Source: an uncultured Planctomycetia bacterium
Lineage (GTDB): Bacteria > Omnitrophota > Gorgyraeia > 2-02-FULL-51-18
Assembly (NCBI GenBank): GCA_964628355.1
Contig: CAZVNB010000014.1
Coordinates: 1-63,624, forward strand
Reading direction: 5' to 3'
DNA: 63,624 nt
Program-made: the position numbers and the translations under genes
Part shown: piece after piece, positions 37,595 through 48,433 of the stretch
Layout: each line of letters begins with the position of its first letter
Position numbering within the stretch: position 1 is the stretch's first letter
Notes under the pieces: generated by a model
What the model was told of the DNA's origin: nothing
The model's database searches: none
Seen by the model: the letters and a program-made list of their open reading frames with translations, nothing else

Positions 37595-38530
37595 GTGTCG
37601 GTGAAAATTTCCGTGCTTGGGGATAGCGGCCTTCTGGGCCAGGCGCTTGTTCAAAGATTTTTATCAGGTACGGATGAAGTGCTTGGAATTTCTTCCGGTG
37701 ATTTCACAGGAAATCCTCACCGGGTATGGAATGAAGCAGGCTATCGGCATCAAAAGATCGATATTTTAAAGCAGAGAAAGTTGTTTTATAACATCCTAGG
37801 TCATTTTAAACCGCAGCTTTTAGTAAACTGCGCGGCATTGGTGGATTTGGGTTTTTGTGAGAAAGAACCCGGCCTGGCAGAAGCATTGAATTCATGCGTT
37901 CCGGAAGATTTGGCCAAATTTACGAAGATGGAAGGGATCCGTTTTATTCATATCTCAACGGATCAAGTGTTCGATGGAAAAAAGTCCAGCCCTTACCTGG
38001 AAACCGATACAGCCAAGCCTCTTCACGTTTATGGCCAAACAAAATATGTGGGTGAACAAAAAACAATGGAGCGAAACCCAACCGCTTTGGTGATACGAAC
38101 GAATATTGTGGGTTTTCGTGACCGCCAGGACCGACCCACATTTGCGGAGTGGTTGAGTGAAACTTTGCGGCGGAGAGAGCCCATTTTGTTGGCCGATGAT
38201 TTTGTGACAAGTTCCGTGCATGTGGACGCGCTTTCCCAATGGATCGTGAGTGCGCATCAACGCCGGCTTGAGGGACTGTTTCATTTTGCCACCCGCGACA
38301 GCGCTTCCAAATATGATTTTGGACGCCAGTTTGCTTTGAATGCCGGTTTGGATTTTGGGACCGTGAAGAAAGGAAAACTTAGTCAGTTGCAACTTAAACC
38401 GGAACGTGCACCGTATCTGGCACTCGATGTCCAACGTGGTGAGAAGATGTTGGAGATGTCATTGGAAACTATCGCTGATACAACGCGTCGCTTAGCGCGA
38501 GATTTTCAATCCAGACAGAAAAAAAGATGA
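37595..38530 (+). CDS. RmlD-like NDP-4-keto-sugar reductase (SDR)
   Basis: GDSGLLG, NCAA, HISTDQVFDG, YGQTK. Confidence 0.87.
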   Translation: MSVKISVLGDSGLLGQALVQRFLSGTDEVLGISSGDFTGNPHRVWNEAGYRHQKIDILKQRKLFYNILGHFKPQLLVNCAALVDLGFCEKEPGLAEALNSCVPEDLAKFTKMEGIRFIHISTDQVFDGKKSSPYLETDTAKPLHVYGQTKYVGEQKTMERNPTALVIRTNIVGFRDRQDRPTFAEWLSETLRRREPILLADDFVTSSVHVDALSQWIVSAHQRRLEGLFHFATRDSASKYDFGRQFALNAGLDFGTVKKGKLSQLQLKPERAPYLALDVQRGEKMLEMSLETIADTTRRLARDFQSRQKKR

Positions 38531-39621
38531 ATAGGCATAAAAGTAAAATCAAAAGAGAAACGACTCTGAATGTGCAGGGACGACTGATCGGTTTGGCGCA
38601 CCCCACCTATTTTATAGCGGATATCGCGGCGAATCATGATGGAAACCTTGAAAAAGCCAAGAAGTTGATTTCGCTGGCAAAGCAAGCCGGAGCTGACGCG
38701 GCTAAATTCCAGCATTTCCAAGCGGACAAAATTGTGAGTCGCCATGGTTTTGAGTCCTTTGGGAGCCAGCTATCGCATCAGTCCCGATGGAAGAAATCGG
38801 TTTATCAGGTTTATCAAGAAGCCAGCGTCCCATGGGAGTGGACCAAGAGCTTAAGGGATCACTGCCAAAAGGTGGGCATTCATTTTTTTTCGGCGCCGTA
38901 CGATCTTGAAGTTATTGACAAGTTGAATTCATATATGCCCGCCTACAAGGTAGGTTCTGGAGACATTACTTGGCATGAATCCTTAGAACGAATGGCTTCC
39001 AAAAAAAAACCCATATTTCTGGCGACGGGCGCTTCCTCCATTGAAGAAGTCAGTCGGGCGGTCCAGATCATCACCAAAATTAATCCGCGGCTTTGCTTGA
39101 TGCAGTGCAACACCAACTACACCGGCAGTCGTGATAATTTCCGTTATATTCATCTCAATGTATTGAAGGCCTATGCCCGTAAATTTCCAAATGTTGTGTT
39201 GGGTTTAAGCGACCACACCCCGGGACACGCGACGGTATTGGGAGCGGTGGCTCTGGGCGCACGTGCTATTGAAAAACATTTTACCGATAGCCGTAAAAAT
39301 ACAGGTCCGGATCACGGTTTTTCAATGGAACCGGGGGATTGGAAGGAGATGATCGATAGGACGCGCGAACTTGAAATGGCGCTCGGGATCGAGCAAAAAA
39401 AAATTCAGCCAAATGAAAAAGAAACGGTGTTGATCCAGAGGCGTTGTTGCCGCGCAGCGCGGGATCTTAAACCCGGCGATCTGGTTCGGCGCCAGGACAT
39501 CGATGTATTAAGGCCCATGAAACCCGGCTCCCTGACTCCGCCGGAAATGCACGGCCTCATCGGCAAAAAAATTAAACGCTTCGTTCCGAAAGGTGAAGCG
39601 TTGATGAGTCATTGGTTTTAA
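38527..39621 (+). CDS. N-acetylneuraminate synthase family (PseI/NeuB) nonulosonate synthase with C-terminal SAF domain
   Basis: IADIAANHDG, AKFQ, YKVGSGD, GLSDHT, IEKHFT, PDHGFS. Confidence 0.93.
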   Translation: MNRHKSKIKRETTLNVQGRLIGLAHPTYFIADIAANHDGNLEKAKKLISLAKQAGADAAKFQHFQADKIVSRHGFESFGSQLSHQSRWKKSVYQVYQEASVPWEWTKSLRDHCQKVGIHFFSAPYDLEVIDKLNSYMPAYKVGSGDITWHESLERMASKKKPIFLATGASSIEEVSRAVQIITKINPRLCLMQCNTNYTGSRDNFRYIHLNVLKAYARKFPNVVLGLSDHTPGHATVLGAVALGARAIEKHFTDSRKNTGPDHGFSMEPGDWKEMIDRTRELEMALGIEQKKIQPNEKETVLIQRRCCRAARDLKPGDLVRRQDIDVLRPMKPGSLTPPEMHGLIGKKIKRFVPKGEALMSHWF

Positions 39622-40653
39622 ATGTCCAATTCCCACTCGGTGGATAAAAAAATAGGCAAGCCGATGAATATTAGTCGGTTTAAACAGAGTGCCCTCCAAA
39701 CCCAAAACCTCGAGAAAATACAGAAGGAATTTAGCCGACTAGCCCGTTACGTTATTTCGTCGCCAAGCAAAGTCCAGGTCAAGCATTGCTATGTCTGCGA
39801 ATCTTCCAGAAGACAGAAGGCGGGTACGGTTTACGGGATTGATTATTTGAAGTGCCGCGATTGTAGCCATTTCTATTCGAATATTCGTCTGAGCCAGGAC
39901 GGGATGGAGGATTATTATAAAAAAAATCAAAACTATTCCGCAGATTACGCAAATCCCTCAACGTATCGGTATCGCTTAAAGGAAATAGCACTGCCTAAAG
40001 TCCAATTTGTGCAGGCTTATGTCAAAACCAAGCGAAAACGCTGGCTTGATGTCGGCAGCGGAATTGGGGATATGGTGGTGGCAGCCAAAAGAAAGGGGTT
40101 TGATGCGCAAGGAATAGAAATCAGCGAGAAATCAGCCCGGTTTGCTAAAAAAGTTTTTGGCATCGATATCTCATCAGAAACCCTCAAGAAGGTTTTGGAA
40201 CGGGAGGGCGAGGGGGCTTTTGACGTTGTTTCTTTTTTCGGAGTTCTTGAGCATATCCCAAATTTAAAAGAACAAGTGGCGTTGACCACGCGCCTTGTTT
40301 CAAAAAATGGCCTTTTGGTGATTGAAGTTCCCAATGCCAATAGCATTTCGACTTTATCCGATTTTTTGTATCCCGACCAGGTAACGCGTCATATGTATCC
40401 GCCTTTTCATATCATGGCGTTCACAAAAAAAAGTTTGTTCCGATTTGTTCGGAGTGCTGGGTTTAAACCGGCGGCTTTATGGTATTTTGGCCTTGATTTT
40501 TATAATCTTTTGATCCATTGGGGAATGCAATCCGAGCGGATGATGCGCGGGCCTTTGGCGGATTTTCTAATTTCCTGCAATAATCAGTTTCAGGAGGTCA
40601 TTGACCGTAACGAAATGAGCGATGAGATGATCCTCGTTTCGCGAAAAAAGTAG
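39622..40653 (+). CDS. Class I SAM-dependent methyltransferase with N-terminal Cys-rich zinc-binding region
   Basis: CYVC...CRDC, LDVGSGIG, FFGVLEHIP, EVPN. Confidence 0.85.
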   Translation: MSNSHSVDKKIGKPMNISRFKQSALQTQNLEKIQKEFSRLARYVISSPSKVQVKHCYVCESSRRQKAGTVYGIDYLKCRDCSHFYSNIRLSQDGMEDYYKKNQNYSADYANPSTYRYRLKEIALPKVQFVQAYVKTKRKRWLDVGSGIGDMVVAAKRKGFDAQGIEISEKSARFAKKVFGIDISSETLKKVLEREGEGAFDVVSFFGVLEHIPNLKEQVALTTRLVSKNGLLVIEVPNANSISTLSDFLYPDQVTRHMYPPFHIMAFTKKSLFRFVRSAGFKPAALWYFGLDFYNLLIHWGMQSERMMRGPLADFLISCNNQFQEVIDRNEMSDEMILVSRKK

Positions 40654-40656
40654 CCC

Positions 40657-41424
40657 GTGGCTACGGCGACTGAATTTTCATTGATTGTAACCTGCTATAA
40701 TTTTGAAGAGTATCTTGGCGAATGCCTCGAGTCCCTTATCCAGCAGCAGTATGAACCTAAAAATTTTGAAATTATCTGCGTCGATGATGGAAGCACGGAT
40801 GGATCGCCAGAAATTATAAAAGAGTATCAGAAAAAATCAGACTGCCTAATCCCCATTCGACTAAATAACTCAGGTCTTGAAAAGGCGTGTAACGCGGGAA
40901 TTCAGGTCGCCCATTTCAAACGCGTTGTTCGCGTCGACTCCGATGACATGCTGGCGACTAATTTTTTAGCGGTGATGAATCAGGCGATTTTGACCCGACC
41001 CGATTTTGATTTTTATTATTGCAAAAATTATTACGAATATTATTCGCCCAATGAAAACTTCGCCAAAATACTCCCGGATTTTGATGTTGAGGAAATTTTC
41101 AAAAGGGGCGATTTTTTTGCAACCGGAACGGTTTATCAAAAAAAAGATCTTGCTCAAATAGGTTTTTTCCCAGAAGGGATTAAAAATTGCGGGCTTGAGA
41201 ATTATAGCGTGATACTTGCGATGCTTGAGGACGGAAAAAAGGGGCTCGCCGTTCCCGGGACTTTTTTTAGTTATCGTAGGCACAAGACCAATATGAGTAC
41301 GCTGAGACGCCAGTCGATCATCGAGTATGGAAAAAAATTGCTTAGAAAGCACAACCGTGTTTTTCAAACTAACCCGTATCATCCTTACGGATTGAAGCTT
41401 GTGGCGGAGGAAACTAAAAAGTGA
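40657..41424 (+). CDS. GT2/GT-A glycosyltransferase
   Basis: VTCYN, DDGSTD, RVDSDD; GTG start. Confidence 0.85.
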   Translation: MATATEFSLIVTCYNFEEYLGECLESLIQQQYEPKNFEIICVDDGSTDGSPEIIKEYQKKSDCLIPIRLNNSGLEKACNAGIQVAHFKRVVRVDSDDMLATNFLAVMNQAILTRPDFDFYYCKNYYEYYSPNENFAKILPDFDVEEIFKRGDFFATGTVYQKKDLAQIGFFPEGIKNCGLENYSVILAMLEDGKKGLAVPGTFFSYRRHKTNMSTLRRQSIIEYGKKLLRKHNRVFQTNPYHPYGLKLVAEETKK

Positions 41425-42179
41425 AGTCTCGAATGTCACAACGGCGTGTTGCGACGGTGGAAGCGCGCATGGCCTCGAGTCGTTTGCCGGGAAAAATCTT
41501 GAAGAATATTTTAGGAAAATCAAGCCTCGAGAGGCTTGTGGAGAGGGTGCGCCGCTCAAGACTGATCGACGAAGTGGTGGTGGCGACGACGATCAATCCG
41601 CAGGACGATGCGGTGGAGACGTGGGCAAAAAAAACGGCTGTCTCTTTTTATCGTGGCAGTGAAGAAGATGTTCTTTTGAGAGTGCTTGAAGCGGCAAAAG
41701 CGTTTCAGGCGGATATTATCGTGGAACTGACCGGCGATTGTCCGTTGCTCGACCCCGTGCTGATAGATCAGGTGATTGAGAAATATCTTCATAGTGACTA
41801 TGACTATGTTAGCAATAACAAAGAAAGAAGCTACGCCAGGGGTTTTGACGCGCAAGTTTTTTCGGTCAAGGTGCTTGATGAAGTGAGCCGATTGACGAAA
41901 GATCCCGCCGATCACGAGCACGTCTCCCTTTATATTTATGAGCATCCTGAGCGTTATAAATTATTCACACTGTGGGCACCGGAACACCTTCACGCGCCGG
42001 ATCTAAGATTGTGCGTGGACACGCCCGAAGATTTTTTTGTCGTAGAGTCCATCTACAAGGCGTTGTATCCCAAAAAGCCGGACTTTGACGCCGAGGAGAT
42101 TATGAATTTTATCAAACAACACCCTGAAATAGCTCAAGTCAATAGCGTGGTCAAGCAAAAGCCCGCGAGGATGCCATGA
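41421..42179 (+). CDS. SpsF/PseF-type acylneuraminate cytidylyltransferase family protein
   Basis: EARMASSRLPGKIL, RGSEEDVL, LTGDCPLLDP, EHV, LCVDTPED. Confidence 0.88.
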   Translation: MKSRMSQRRVATVEARMASSRLPGKILKNILGKSSLERLVERVRRSRLIDEVVVATTINPQDDAVETWAKKTAVSFYRGSEEDVLLRVLEAAKAFQADIIVELTGDCPLLDPVLIDQVIEKYLHSDYDYVSNNKERSYARGFDAQVFSVKVLDEVSRLTKDPADHEHVSLYIYEHPERYKLFTLWAPEHLHAPDLRLCVDTPEDFFVVESIYKALYPKKPDFDAEEIMNFIKQHPEIAQVNSVVKQKPARMP

Positions 42180-43204
42180 AAAAAAAGGTTTATAAAGCTG
42201 CCATTGTGGGCTGCGGCCGGATTGCGAGTCTTTTTGCGGCGGATAAAAAAAGAAAGGGAATCGTCACGCATGCACAAGCCTATCAGGCACATCCTCGCAC
42301 GAGGCTTATTTCCGCCTGTGACCTTAACCGCGAGAGGCTTGAGGATTTTGGGCGCCGTTGGAACGTGGACAGGCTTTACACCGATTTTGAGGAAATGATG
42401 AAGACCGAAAAACCTGACATCGTCAGTATTTGCACGTTCAACTCAAGCCACGCGGAGATTGCCGGCCAAGCGGCTAAGCATGGCGTGAGTGGAATTATTT
42501 GCGAGAAACCCATTGCCGATTCGCTGGCTTCTGCCGAGCGGATGATCAAGATTTGCCGCGATAAAAACATCCCGCTCCTGGTTAATTATTCTAGGCGTTA
42601 CGATGCACTTCATCAGCAGTTTAAAACGTGGATTGAAAAAGGTCATTTGGGGAAGGTGCAAACCGTTTCCTGTTATTACACGGCCGGGATCATGAATACT
42701 GGGACGCATCTTTTTGATATCCTACGCTACTTCTTCGGAGAGGTCCGATGGGTTTGGGCAAATCCAGAAAAAGTGCTGCCCGGTAAGGACCCAACCGCGG
42801 ACCTCTATTTATTTTTTAAAAAGGGATTTGGCTGCAATGTATCCGCCCTCGATGTGCGGAATTATATGCAATTCGAGATTGATATTTATGGGACTAAAAG
42901 TCGGCTCCGGATCGAAGACAGCGGCATGAGGGCTACGCGATGGAAAGTAGAAAATCACAGGCTTTATTCGGGGTACAAGACGTTGGTTCCGAGTAAAATT
43001 TTTAGTACGGATTTTGGAAAAAATCTATATGGAATGGTTGATAGCCTGGTGCGTTTGATCGAGAGAAAAAAAGCGCCTGCCTGCAAAGGGGAAGATGGAA
43101 AAAAATCATTAGAAATAGCCATTGCCGCTTATCTGTCGCTTCAAAGGAAACAAAAAATATTTCTCCCACTTAAAGATAAAAAATTGGTTTTGGAGTCTTT
43201 ATGA
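42176..43204 (+). CDS. Gfo/Idh/MocA oxidoreductase
   Basis: GCGRIA, ICEKP, VNYSRR, NTGTHLFD. Confidence 0.88.
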   Translation: MKKKVYKAAIVGCGRIASLFAADKKRKGIVTHAQAYQAHPRTRLISACDLNRERLEDFGRRWNVDRLYTDFEEMMKTEKPDIVSICTFNSSHAEIAGQAAKHGVSGIICEKPIADSLASAERMIKICRDKNIPLLVNYSRRYDALHQQFKTWIEKGHLGKVQTVSCYYTAGIMNTGTHLFDILRYFFGEVRWVWANPEKVLPGKDPTADLYLFFKKGFGCNVSALDVRNYMQFEIDIYGTKSRLRIEDSGMRATRWKVENHRLYSGYKTLVPSKIFSTDFGKNLYGMVDSLVRLIERKKAPACKGEDGKKSLEIAIAAYLSLQRKQKIFLPLKDKKLVLESL

Positions 43205-44493
43205 AAAAATCAAATCTGGCTATTTTGGGCGGCCAACCCGTAAGAAAAAAAGCGTTCAAATCACATCCGTTGTTTGGAAAAGAAGAAAAAAAAGAAGTGT
43301 TGTCTGTGTTGAAAAGTGGACAATTGTCAGGTTTTATCGCGAACGCGGGTCCCGCTTTTTTGGGAGGAATGAAGGTTCGCGCGCTGGAGTCGCTCGTTTC
43401 AAGATATTTCGATATTCCTTATGTGGTTGCCATGAACTCCGCCACATCCGCACTGCACGCAGCGTTATCGGCTTTGGGCATAGGTCCGGGCGACGAAGTG
43501 ATCGTGACGCCTTATACCATGGCGGCAAGCGCTTCGGCTATTTTGATGCAGGGGGCCGTACCAATTTTTGCTGATATTGACGAGCGCACTTTTTGCTTTA
43601 ATCCTAAAAAAATCGAAGAAAAAATTTCATCACGCAGCAAAGCTCTAATGGTTGTGCATCTTTTTGGCCAGCCGGCACCGATGGATGAGATCATGAAAAT
43701 AGCGAGAACACACAAGCTTTCAGTCGTTGAAGACTGTGCTCAGTCGCCCGGAGCGCGCTATCATGACCAATTCGTTGGAACTTTGGGCGATGTCGGCGTT
43801 TTTAGTTTGAACCAACACAAAACTATCACTACCGGCGAAGGAGGTTTCGCAGTAACAAAAGACAAAAAATTGGCCGTGAGACTGCAACTTGTCCGAAATC
43901 ATGGCGAGGTCGTCGTCGATCATTTGAAAATGGATTTTGATCCAGGGCCGGTTTTGGGCTTCAATTACCGCATGACGGAACTGGAAGCGGCAGTGGGAGT
44001 GGCGCAGTTTAAGAAATTAGACAAGCTGAATCAACACAGAATAAAACTTGCAGAATATTTGATCGAAAAACTTTCGGATTTACCCGGGATCACCGTTCCT
44101 CACAGGCTTTCCGAGACAAGCCACGTCTATTTCCTTTTGCCTCTGAAATATGATGAGGCGATAACAGGTATTCCGCGTGATATTTTTATCAAAGCGTTGA
44201 ATGCGGAAGGAGTGCCATTTGGCGCGGGTTACGTGCGCCCGATTTATCTGGACCGCGCTTATCGCGAACGCCGGATTTACCCATACAGCTCTTTTCCGTT
44301 CGAGGGAACACTCCCATACAAAAAAGGCGATTGTCCGACGGCCGAACGTCTGCATTTCAAGGAATTGATTACGACTTCTTTGTGCCGGTATCCGCTTTCA
44401 TTGTCTGACATGGCCGATGTTGCTGCTGTTGTTAAAAAAGTTTTAGAATGCCGCAACGAACTTCAAAACGCTCGTCGATTGGGAAAGGCCTAA
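43201..44493 (+). CDS. DegT/DnrJ/EryC1/StrS sugar aminotransferase (PseC-role candidate)
   Basis: NSATSAL, EDCAQSPGA, FSLNQHKTITTGEGG (PLP Lys), NYRMTELEAA. Confidence 0.92.
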   Translation: MKKSNLAILGGQPVRKKAFKSHPLFGKEEKKEVLSVLKSGQLSGFIANAGPAFLGGMKVRALESLVSRYFDIPYVVAMNSATSALHAALSALGIGPGDEVIVTPYTMAASASAILMQGAVPIFADIDERTFCFNPKKIEEKISSRSKALMVVHLFGQPAPMDEIMKIARTHKLSVVEDCAQSPGARYHDQFVGTLGDVGVFSLNQHKTITTGEGGFAVTKDKKLAVRLQLVRNHGEVVVDHLKMDFDPGPVLGFNYRMTELEAAVGVAQFKKLDKLNQHRIKLAEYLIEKLSDLPGITVPHRLSETSHVYFLLPLKYDEAITGIPRDIFIKALNAEGVPFGAGYVRPIYLDRAYRERRIYPYSSFPFEGTLPYKKGDCPTAERLHFKELITTSLCRYPLSLSDMADVAAVVKKVLECRNELQNARRLGKA

Positions 44494-44496
44494 ATC

Positions 44497-46383
44497 ATGA
44501 GAGACCTTTTCTTAATCGAGACCACGGGCTGCGTTTCCTTGCTAAAATCAATACGCGGCGAGCGATCGGAGGGTTATTGCGCATCTTTTGACGAGCTTGT
44601 GATCCGTGAACTTAAAACAGCGGGAATCTCTGCCGTATGGCTTGGAAATTTTTCGAACGCGCAAGAATTAGCTCAAGCAGACGATGTGGCGGTGAGTGCG
44701 GCGAGAGGATGGCATGAAGGGCAGACGCATTGGAGCTATCGCGGCGTCAATCTTGCTTCTCTGGTGGAGTTGGCGCTGGGACCTTATCTAATGCGTGCTC
44801 TTGAGTATTTGACGTGTGCGGATAATTTTCTCAAAGTTCATTCGTTCAGGCAAGTGACAGTTCTTCGTAAAATTCCGGAGAGACCGGTGAGTTCTTTGAA
44901 TTGGATGCCCTCCGAAGCGATTGCGGAAGCCCTATTTAAAATGCTGGGCTGCAATGTTCAGGTCAAAACTGTACAAAAAATCGATAAGCCGGCGGTGCAT
45001 TTTAACTTCAAAATAGCTGCGAAAAAGACGATGGAATTTCTAACAAAAATATTTTCGCATTTTGAAACTTCAGGGGGTGCCACACTTTCCCAAAAAACCA
45101 TTTTGATTTGTTCAGCACTCCATCATATCCAAAATCTGGCTCCGCTGGTCGCACGAAAAAACCGGGTGATTTATCTGGACGAGAGTTTTCAAGGGTCCAA
45201 ATTAAATTTTTTACACCGGCATCAGATTTTTTATATGCCAATGCCATGGCTTGACCATAAACTCTGCCAAGAATCCCAAGAGAAAAGGAATTTTGTTCAG
45301 CGGCTTCGAGTCGAATGGCCAGGGATCATGGATTTATTAAAACAGTCCAAAGATTGGCAATGGCGCGGCGTGCCAATTTTTTGTCTGGCAGAGCTCAAGC
45401 TCCGTTTTTTTGCGGACATCAAAGTCCCCGAACTCTTGGATCGTATCGATATTTTTTTTGACGTATTGTCCCGATGGAATATTCAGGCTGTTGTTGTGGA
45501 TGAGGACGTGATTGAGTTTAGAAAAGGCCTGGTTAGTGTGGCGCGGCTTTTAGGGATTCCGAGTCTTGTGGTGTTACACGCGTCGACACCCAGTTTTTGC
45601 AAAGGTTTGGATCTAGCGCCTTTGACTGCAGATTATTTAGCCGTGGGCGGTGAAGGGATCAAACATGATTGCGTTCAATGGGGGATTTCACCGGAGAAAA
45701 TCGTGGTGTCCGGTATCCCGCGTTACGACGGCTTAAAAAAAATGAATTCGCATCGATCGCGCAAGGAAATAGAGCGGACGCTAGGAATTTCTTCTAAAAA
45801 GGAGCTGGTCGTATTTGCCGCCACCTATATTGCCGATCATCTGGAGACTCGTGGCTCGTGGACCGATATCGAAAGAGCCTATCGAGATTTTTTCGAGGTG
45901 ATGAGTCGTTTCCCCGATAAGCAAATCCTCGTGAAATTATACCCGATGGACCCCAATCCTTCCTGGGTCAGGCGCATTGCCGAAGAATCCGGCGTGTTCG
46001 ATGTTTTGTTCGCTGGCGATTGCGATCTCCCGACGGTTCTCGCGGGGGCCGATTACGCATTGTCGTTTTACTCAAGCGCTGTAACGGAGGCTTTTGTTCT
46101 TGGGAAGTGGACCGTGGTGATGGATTATTTGAGCAGGCTTTCTCCTATCGAGCCTTTATCTCATTATCCGGGTTCGGTATTTACAGTAAAAAATAAGGCG
46201 CAGCTTGAAACGTTGCTACATGGTTTTTTTGATCGCGATGAGAATATTTTAAGAGCAGCCGAACAGGCCCGTGCTGAATTAACCTTTGCTTGGGCCGGAC
46301 GTTGCGATGGCCGCGCTTCTTTGCGCGTGTCGGATTTTCTAGATCGTATGGTGACGAATCCGAAGGAATTACAAGCGGCATGA
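44497..46383 (+). CDS. Uncharacterised GT-B-like surface-carbohydrate protein (candidate nonulosonate transferase)
   Basis: C-terminal half resembles GT-B / 2-epimerase-like folds (VVVDED, SGIPRYD, VKLYP, SSAVTEAFVLGK). Function inferred from its position between NulO synthesis genes and the flippase. Confidence 0.5.
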   Translation: MRDLFLIETTGCVSLLKSIRGERSEGYCASFDELVIRELKTAGISAVWLGNFSNAQELAQADDVAVSAARGWHEGQTHWSYRGVNLASLVELALGPYLMRALEYLTCADNFLKVHSFRQVTVLRKIPERPVSSLNWMPSEAIAEALFKMLGCNVQVKTVQKIDKPAVHFNFKIAAKKTMEFLTKIFSHFETSGGATLSQKTILICSALHHIQNLAPLVARKNRVIYLDESFQGSKLNFLHRHQIFYMPMPWLDHKLCQESQEKRNFVQRLRVEWPGIMDLLKQSKDWQWRGVPIFCLAELKLRFFADIKVPELLDRIDIFFDVLSRWNIQAVVVDEDVIEFRKGLVSVARLLGIPSLVVLHASTPSFCKGLDLAPLTADYLAVGGEGIKHDCVQWGISPEKIVVSGIPRYDGLKKMNSHRSRKEIERTLGISSKKELVVFAATYIADHLETRGSWTDIERAYRDFFEVMSRFPDKQILVKLYPMDPNPSWVRRIAEESGVFDVLFAGDCDLPTVLAGADYALSFYSSAVTEAFVLGKWTVVMDYLSRLSPIEPLSHYPGSVFTVKNKAQLETLLHGFFDRDENILRAAEQARAELTFAWAGRCDGRASLRVSDFLDRMVTNPKELQAA

Positions 46384-47879
46384 AGGACTCGTTGAGAGAC
46401 AGAATAGCCAAGGATACGCTTTGGTACACGCTGAGCGTTTATATCGCGCAATTCTTGGGTATTTTTTCAGGCCTTGCATCACGCAAATTTTTGGGCCCCG
46501 AGGACATGGGGCTCTGGGTATTGCTCCAGACTTTTATGACATTTGGTCTATTTTCCGAGATGGGCATTCTCACGGCGATGTATTGCAAGATACCGGTTTT
46601 TGTGGGACAGAAGGACGCGGAGCAAGTTCGTCAAACTCAAAATGCCGCTTTCACGTTTGCGTTTACAGGCGTGATCGGCGTAGCGTTTCTTTTTATCGGT
46701 TATGGTTTATTTGCCGGGCATGAGAGCCCAAAGATTTTTTTAGGATCTGTCGCGATGGCGGCCTTGACGATTCTCACATGCATTTATAATTTTTATATTT
46801 TATGTTCGTGGGCGCTGAACCGTTTTAAAGCATTGGCGCTCACTGTGATTTTAAATGCGGTGTTGACTCTTGTGCTCGTTTTTTTGTTTGTTCGCCCGTG
46901 GGGTTTTTATGGAAGCTGCGCCTATACGTTGATAGTCACTTTGATTTCTGTCGTCACCCTCTCTAACGCTTTGAAAATCAGCCCATCTTTTCTATGGGAC
47001 TGGAAGCGCATAAAAGATCTTTTATGGTTTGGTTTTCCGGTTTTTGCCGGTGGAATGATTTTCGTATTTTTTCTCACGGTCGATCGTATGATCATCACCC
47101 GTTTTTTTGACAGCCGCGCGCTCGGTTATTACAGCATTACGATGATTGTCTTTTCGCTCTCGAGCACGGCACCGAAGATGCTCAGCATCGTGCTGTTTCC
47201 TAAGATGCAGGAAGAATATGCAGCGTCCGGCGATTTGGATAAAATTATGCAGATGGTGGTGAAGCCCGATCTTGCGATCGCTTTTTTCTCACCGCTGCTT
47301 TTGGGGAGCGTCTATTTTTTTGTGCCAACCGTTGTGACACAAATACTACCGAAGTTCACACCGGGCATTTTAAGTGCCCAGGTATTGCTTCTGGGAGGGT
47401 TTTTTATTTCTTTGGTATACAATGCCCAGAGTTTCTTGATTGCTGTCGATAAGCGGATGCATTCGATCCCGTTTGTCTTGTGCTCGATTCTCGTTCTTTA
47501 CGCGGTCAGCAGGTGTTTGATTCGGCTTGGGTATGGAATTGAAGGCGTCGCGGCCGGGGCGAGCGTTGCATTTTTTACCTATTTTGTATCGCTCACTTTT
47601 TACGTGTTGAATCATCGACTGAATTACGCAAAGATGGCGGCGTACTACGTACCAATTATTACGGTCTTTCTGTATTTTCTTTTCTGGATTTGGTGGATCG
47701 GAGCCCATGTTTACCCCGGAGGCCCATGGATGGGAAGCAGCATCAAAACTATTTTACTGACGGTGGTATCCGTGCCGATTTTTTATCTCGGGGATAGGAA
47801 AACCCACGCGATCCGATATGGTTTTTATTTGATCGCGCAACGTTTGGGGCGTCGTGAAACAGAAAGGGCGACAAGATGA
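46380..47879 (+). CDS. wzx: Wzx-type oligosaccharide/polysaccharide flippase (MOP superfamily)
   Basis: About 12-14 TM segments; KFLGPEDMG, DRMIITRFF..ALGYYS; start ATG 46380. Confidence 0.85.
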   Translation: MKDSLRDRIAKDTLWYTLSVYIAQFLGIFSGLASRKFLGPEDMGLWVLLQTFMTFGLFSEMGILTAMYCKIPVFVGQKDAEQVRQTQNAAFTFAFTGVIGVAFLFIGYGLFAGHESPKIFLGSVAMAALTILTCIYNFYILCSWALNRFKALALTVILNAVLTLVLVFLFVRPWGFYGSCAYTLIVTLISVVTLSNALKISPSFLWDWKRIKDLLWFGFPVFAGGMIFVFFLTVDRMIITRFFDSRALGYYSITMIVFSLSSTAPKMLSIVLFPKMQEEYAASGDLDKIMQMVVKPDLAIAFFSPLLLGSVYFFVPTVVTQILPKFTPGILSAQVLLLGGFFISLVYNAQSFLIAVDKRMHSIPFVLCSILVLYAVSRCLIRLGYGIEGVAAGASVAFFTYFVSLTFYVLNHRLNYAKMAAYYVPIITVFLYFLFWIWWIGAHVYPGGPWMGSSIKTILLTVVSVPIFYLGDRKTHAIRYGFYLIAQRLGRRETERATR

Positions 47880-48433
47880 AGCAAAAAATTTTTTGGGAAG
47901 GACGGCGACTTTATTTCAGAGGTTTAGAGAAAAAGGATCTTCGCGAGCGTTATTTTGATTGGTTCAACGACCAAGAGGTCACGCGCTACATGTTCAACGG
48001 GATGTTTCCAAATACGACCAAACGGATGCGCGAGTTTTATGAGGAAATATTAGTGCAGAAGCATGTGGTATTTGCGATCATGGACAAGCGCAGGGGCCAG
48101 CATATCGGCAACGTGGGGATTCATCGGATCAACTGGCGGGACGGCATCGGGGAGTATGGTATAATCATCGGGGAGAAAAAATTTCACGGCAAAGGCTATG
48201 GCCATGAAGCTACCGGGATGATCCTCGATTATATTTTCCAACGCGTCGGTCTGCGTCGCGTATGGCTGGGTGTTCACGAACAGCATAAAAAAGCGATCGC
48301 AATTTATAAAAAAATTGGGTTTGAAACCGAAGGTCGGCTTAGGAAAGAAATTTATACGGATGGCCGATGGCATGATCGTTTGATCATGGGTATTTTCCGG
48401 GACGAATATCTGGCTCGAAAAAAGAGGGGATGA
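47876..48433 (+). CDS. GNAT (RimJ/RimL-type) N-acetyltransferase, PseH-role candidate
   Basis: HIGNVG, GKGYGHEA, YKKIGFETEGRLR. Confidence 0.88.
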   Translation: MKQKIFWEGRRLYFRGLEKKDLRERYFDWFNDQEVTRYMFNGMFPNTTKRMREFYEEILVQKHVVFAIMDKRRGQHIGNVGIHRINWRDGIGEYGIIIGEKKFHGKGYGHEATGMILDYIFQRVGLRRVWLGVHEQHKKAIAIYKKIGFETEGRLRKEIYTDGRWHDRLIMGIFRDEYLARKKRG

